Position numbers and translations under genes: made by a program. A stretch of 29,432 nucleotides of DNA, from sequence record DRR378314_107. One strand, written 5' to 3'. The notes beneath the pieces are model-generated. The model searched no databases. It worked only from the letters and a program-made list of their open reading frames with translations, and was not told where the DNA came from. Positions within the stretch are counted from its first letter, which is position 1. Every line of letters begins with the position of its first letter. Shown piece by piece: positions 26,646 through 29,432 of the stretch.

Positions 26646-27965
26646 TTGCCGCTTTCGCCCGTACGCCGGTTACTGGACTTCGACGCGCAATACCGCCGCG
26701 ACCAGCAGCACACGCCGGACTTTCTGCATCGCCGCGACCGCCGTCTGGCGCTGGCCCGTGAACAGGACGGCGCGCCGCCGCCGGACGCCGCCGCCTGGCT
26801 GAGCGCGGTGGACGCCCCCGGCGCCGGCGCGGCGCTGCGCCCCTGGCGCCGCGGCCGGGCCGCGCTGACCCTGGCCGGCGCGGTGCTGGGCGTGCTGACC
26901 ATGCTCGGCGTGCTGTACGTGGACGGCCAGGGCCGCATCAACGTCACCCTGATTCTGGCGCTGGCCCTGCTGCAACTGCTGCTCGCCCTGGCCACCACCG
27001 CCCAGGCGTTAAGCGGCCGGCGCCCCTGGGGCCGGCTGCTGGGCCGGGGCGACGGCGCGCCGCCGGTACTCCGCCAGCTGCACCCGCAGCTGGCCGCCCG
27101 CGCCGCCCACGGCGCCGGCCTGGCGTTCGCCGCCACCGCCCTGCTCACCCTGCTGGTCCAGGTGCTGGTGCGCGATCTGGCGTTCGGCTGGAGCACCACC
27201 CTGCAGACCTCCGCGCCCGCCTATCACGCCCTGGTGGAACAGCTTGCCTGGCCCTGGCGCGGCTGGCTGCCCGGCGCCGTGCCGGGCCTGGAACTGGTGG
27301 AGCAATCCCGTTACTTCCGGCTCGGCGGTGAGGCTCCCGCCGACCCGGAACGCCTGGGCGCCTGGTGGCCGTTCCTGGCCATGCTGTGGCTCTGCTATGT
27401 GCTGCTGCCCCGGCTTATCCTGCTGGGGCTGGCGCGGCTGCACCTGAACCACCGCGCCGGCGTGCTGCTGCGACGCCACCCGGGCTGGGCGGCGCTGCGC
27501 CAGCGCTTCGCCACGCCCTGGGTGGACAGCGGCCCGGCACCGGTCGCCGCCGGCGCCGGCCCCGCGGTACCGCCCGCCGACACGCTGGCGCCGCCGCCGG
27601 AAAGCGGCGTGGTGATCCGCTGGGCCGGCGCCGGCAGCGCCGACCTCGCCCGAAACCTGCTCCAGGACGCCCCCATGCAGGTGCTCGAAGCCGGCGGCAG
27701 CGCCAGCCTGGAACAGGACCGCGACACCCTCACCCGCGCCGACCTGGGCCTGCCGGTGGTGGTGCTGACGCGCGGCTGGGAGCCGCCCACCGGCGAACTG
27801 GCGGACTTCCTCGACGACGCCCGCCACAGCCTGCCGGCGGACACCGACATCGTGCTGCTGCCGCTCGCCGCCGACGATCAAACCGCTCTGGTGGACGGCG
27901 CGCTGCTGGCCCAGTGGCAACGCTTCGTGGACCGGCACCGGCCGGTCAGGCTGTGTCGCCCATGA
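26646..27965 (+). CDS. DUF2868-type membrane protein (start uncertain, TTG)
   Basis: G.INV, RDLAFGWSTTL, WWPFLAMLWLCYVLLPRL, WEPPTGELADFL motifs; ATGA overlap with the next gene. Confidence 0.75.
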   Translation: MPLSPVRRLLDFDAQYRRDQQHTPDFLHRRDRRLALAREQDGAPPPDAAAWLSAVDAPGAGAALRPWRRGRAALTLAGAVLGVLTMLGVLYVDGQGRINVTLILALALLQLLLALATTAQALSGRRPWGRLLGRGDGAPPVLRQLHPQLAARAAHGAGLAFAATALLTLLVQVLVRDLAFGWSTTLQTSAPAYHALVEQLAWPWRGWLPGAVPGLELVEQSRYFRLGGEAPADPERLGAWWPFLAMLWLCYVLLPRLILLGLARLHLNHRAGVLLRRHPGWAALRQRFATPWVDSGPAPVAAGAGPAVPPADTLAPPPESGVVIRWAGAGSADLARNLLQDAPMQVLEAGGSASLEQDRDTLTRADLGLPVVVLTRGWEPPTGELADFLDDARHSLPADTDIVLLPLAADDQTALVDGALLAQWQRFVDRHRPVRLCRP

Positions 27966-29389
27966 GCGAGCGCCCCCTGCCCCGTTTCGCCGTGGTCGGC
28001 CACCCCAACAAGGGCAAGTCGAGCATTGTCGCCACCCTGGCCCAGAACGACGGCATCGCCATCGCCCTGGAGCCGGGCACCACCCGGGAGAACGGCCACT
28101 ACCCGCTGCGCGTGGACGACCGGCTGCTGTACGAACTGATCGACACCCCCGGCTTCCAGCGCCCGCGCCGGGTGCTGGCCTGGCTGCAGGCGCACAGCCT
28201 GTCCGCGTCGGACCGGCCGGACACGGTGCGCGCCTTCGTCACCCAGCACCGCGACGACCCCCGTTTCCATGACGAATGCCAGCTGCTGACGCCGATACTG
28301 GAGGGCGCCGGCATTCTCTATGTGGTGGACGGCGCGGTGCCTTACAGCCGCGAGCAGGAAGCGGAAATGGAAATCCTGCGCTGGACCGGCCGCCCCAGCC
28401 TGGCGCTGATCAACCGCATCGGCGCGGGCGACCACCTGGCCGACTGGCGCGCCGCCCTGGGTCAGTACTTCCAGATCGTGCGCGATTTCGACGCGGTGCA
28501 CGCCCCCTTCGAGGCCCATCTGAGCCTGCTGCGCGGTTTCGGCCAGCTGGCCCCGGAATGGGAAGCGCCGCTTGAGGAGGCCACCCACCATCTGCGCGAT
28601 CAGCGCCGGCACCGCCAGCATCAGGCGCTGCAACTGATCGCCGCCGCCCTGGCGGACATGCTCACCCACCGGGAAACCGGCCGGCTGCGCGACGACGGCA
28701 ACCGCGACGCCCTCGAGCACGAACTCGGCCAACGCTGGCGGGACTGGCAGCGCCAGCGGGAGCAGCGCCTGCGCCGCGACGTGGAAGCCCTCTATCAGCA
28801 CCGCCACCTGCGCCGCCGGGAGCAGGCCCTGGCGTGGCAGCCGGGCAGCGACCTGTTCAGCGAGCAGGCCCGCCGGACCTGGGGCGTCAGCCGCACCTAC
28901 CTGGCCACCGCCGGCTTCGGCGCCGGCGCCCTGGGCGGGGCCGGCATCGACGCGCTCGCCGCCGGCCACTCGCTGGGGGCCGGTGCCCTGATCGGCGGCG
29001 TGCTGGGCGCCGCCGGCAGCGTCTTCTACGGCGGCAAGTACGCCGACAAACTGGGCGCGCTGAAAGTGCTGGAGCGCTTCACCGGCGGCGCCGAGGCCGG
29101 CTTCGGGCCGGTGCGCGATCCGCAGTTCGGCTATGTGGTGCTGGGCCGGGCCCTGGAGCACTGGCATCAGGTCAGCCACCGCAACCACGCCGGGCGTGAC
29201 CCGCTCACCCTGGGCGACGCGGACCGCCACTGGCTGGAACAGTTGCCCCGGGGGCAGCGCCAGCGTTTGCAGAAGGCGTTGCAGGATCCGCCGCGTGAGC
29301 CCGGGGATGTGAAGCGCCGGGATGGTCTGGAAAGCGCTGTGGGGCAGGCGGGTGAGGCGTTTCTTACTTGGCGATCGGCGGCGTCTTAA
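27962..29389 (+). CDS. GTPase with DUF3482-type C-terminal domain
   Basis: G1 GHPNKGKSS, G2 PGTT, G3 DTPGF, G4-like INRIG; Gly-rich hydrophobic hairpin near the C-terminus; start MSER at 27962. Confidence 0.85.
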   Translation: MSERPLPRFAVVGHPNKGKSSIVATLAQNDGIAIALEPGTTRENGHYPLRVDDRLLYELIDTPGFQRPRRVLAWLQAHSLSASDRPDTVRAFVTQHRDDPRFHDECQLLTPILEGAGILYVVDGAVPYSREQEAEMEILRWTGRPSLALINRIGAGDHLADWRAALGQYFQIVRDFDAVHAPFEAHLSLLRGFGQLAPEWEAPLEEATHHLRDQRRHRQHQALQLIAAALADMLTHRETGRLRDDGNRDALEHELGQRWRDWQRQREQRLRRDVEALYQHRHLRRREQALAWQPGSDLFSEQARRTWGVSRTYLATAGFGAGALGGAGIDALAAGHSLGAGALIGGVLGAAGSVFYGGKYADKLGALKVLERFTGGAEAGFGPVRDPQFGYVVLGRALEHWHQVSHRNHAGRDPLTLGDADRHWLEQLPRGQRQRLQKALQDPPREPGDVKRRDGLESAVGQAGEAFLTWRSAAS

Positions 29390-29410
29390 AAGCGTCTCTG
29401 GCATCCTGCC

Positions 29411-29432
29411 GGGTGGCTGAAAGCCACCCTTT
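29411..29432 (+). terminator. Hairpin after the GTPase gene (terminator or REP-like palindrome; cut by the window edge)
   Basis: GGGTGGCT-GAA-AGCCACCC-TTT. Confidence 0.5.

Noticed and set aside
27365-27961. N-terminal extension of the GTPase ORF
   Set aside because: Overlaps the DUF2868 gene out of frame; the real start is the ATGA overlap at 27962
1-29432. CRISPR array, tRNA/rRNA, integrase or transposase
   Set aside because: No regularly spaced repeats, RNA gene signatures or recombinase motifs seen by eye

Overview
GC-rich gammaproteobacterial chromosome segment, probably Alcanivorax/Alloalcanivorax-like (inferred from gene content and order, not verified). It contains mostly core and stress genes. 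In order: a truncated metY; a crotonase/AraC/DUF962/CBS group; a large membrane P-loop ATPase overlapping a small MscS gene; an oxidative-stress cluster (Prx5-Grx hybrid, Dps, GPx, DJ-1) with OxyR-type boxes; dgt; hydrolase/GGCT/LuxR; the conserved EEP-dsbA-cyt c4-cyt c5-engB block; a complete six-gene Mrp/Pha antiporter operon; a DUF815 ATPase; and a lipoprotein-DUF2868-DUF3482 GTPase operon. No CRISPR array, tRNA, rRNA or transposase was seen. Best leads: (1) an unannotated ~150-nt multi-hairpin sRNA with C-rich loops and a sigmaE-like promoter at the Spot42/ErsA/sX13 position, faced by a convergent sigma54 promoter with no clear gene; (2) the membrane STAND-like ATPase + MscS pair; (3) a putative sigmaE operon joining an atypical Kazal lipoprotein to a membrane GTPase pair; (4) a structured 3'UTR behind the peroxiredoxin and a structured leader before the Mrp operon.
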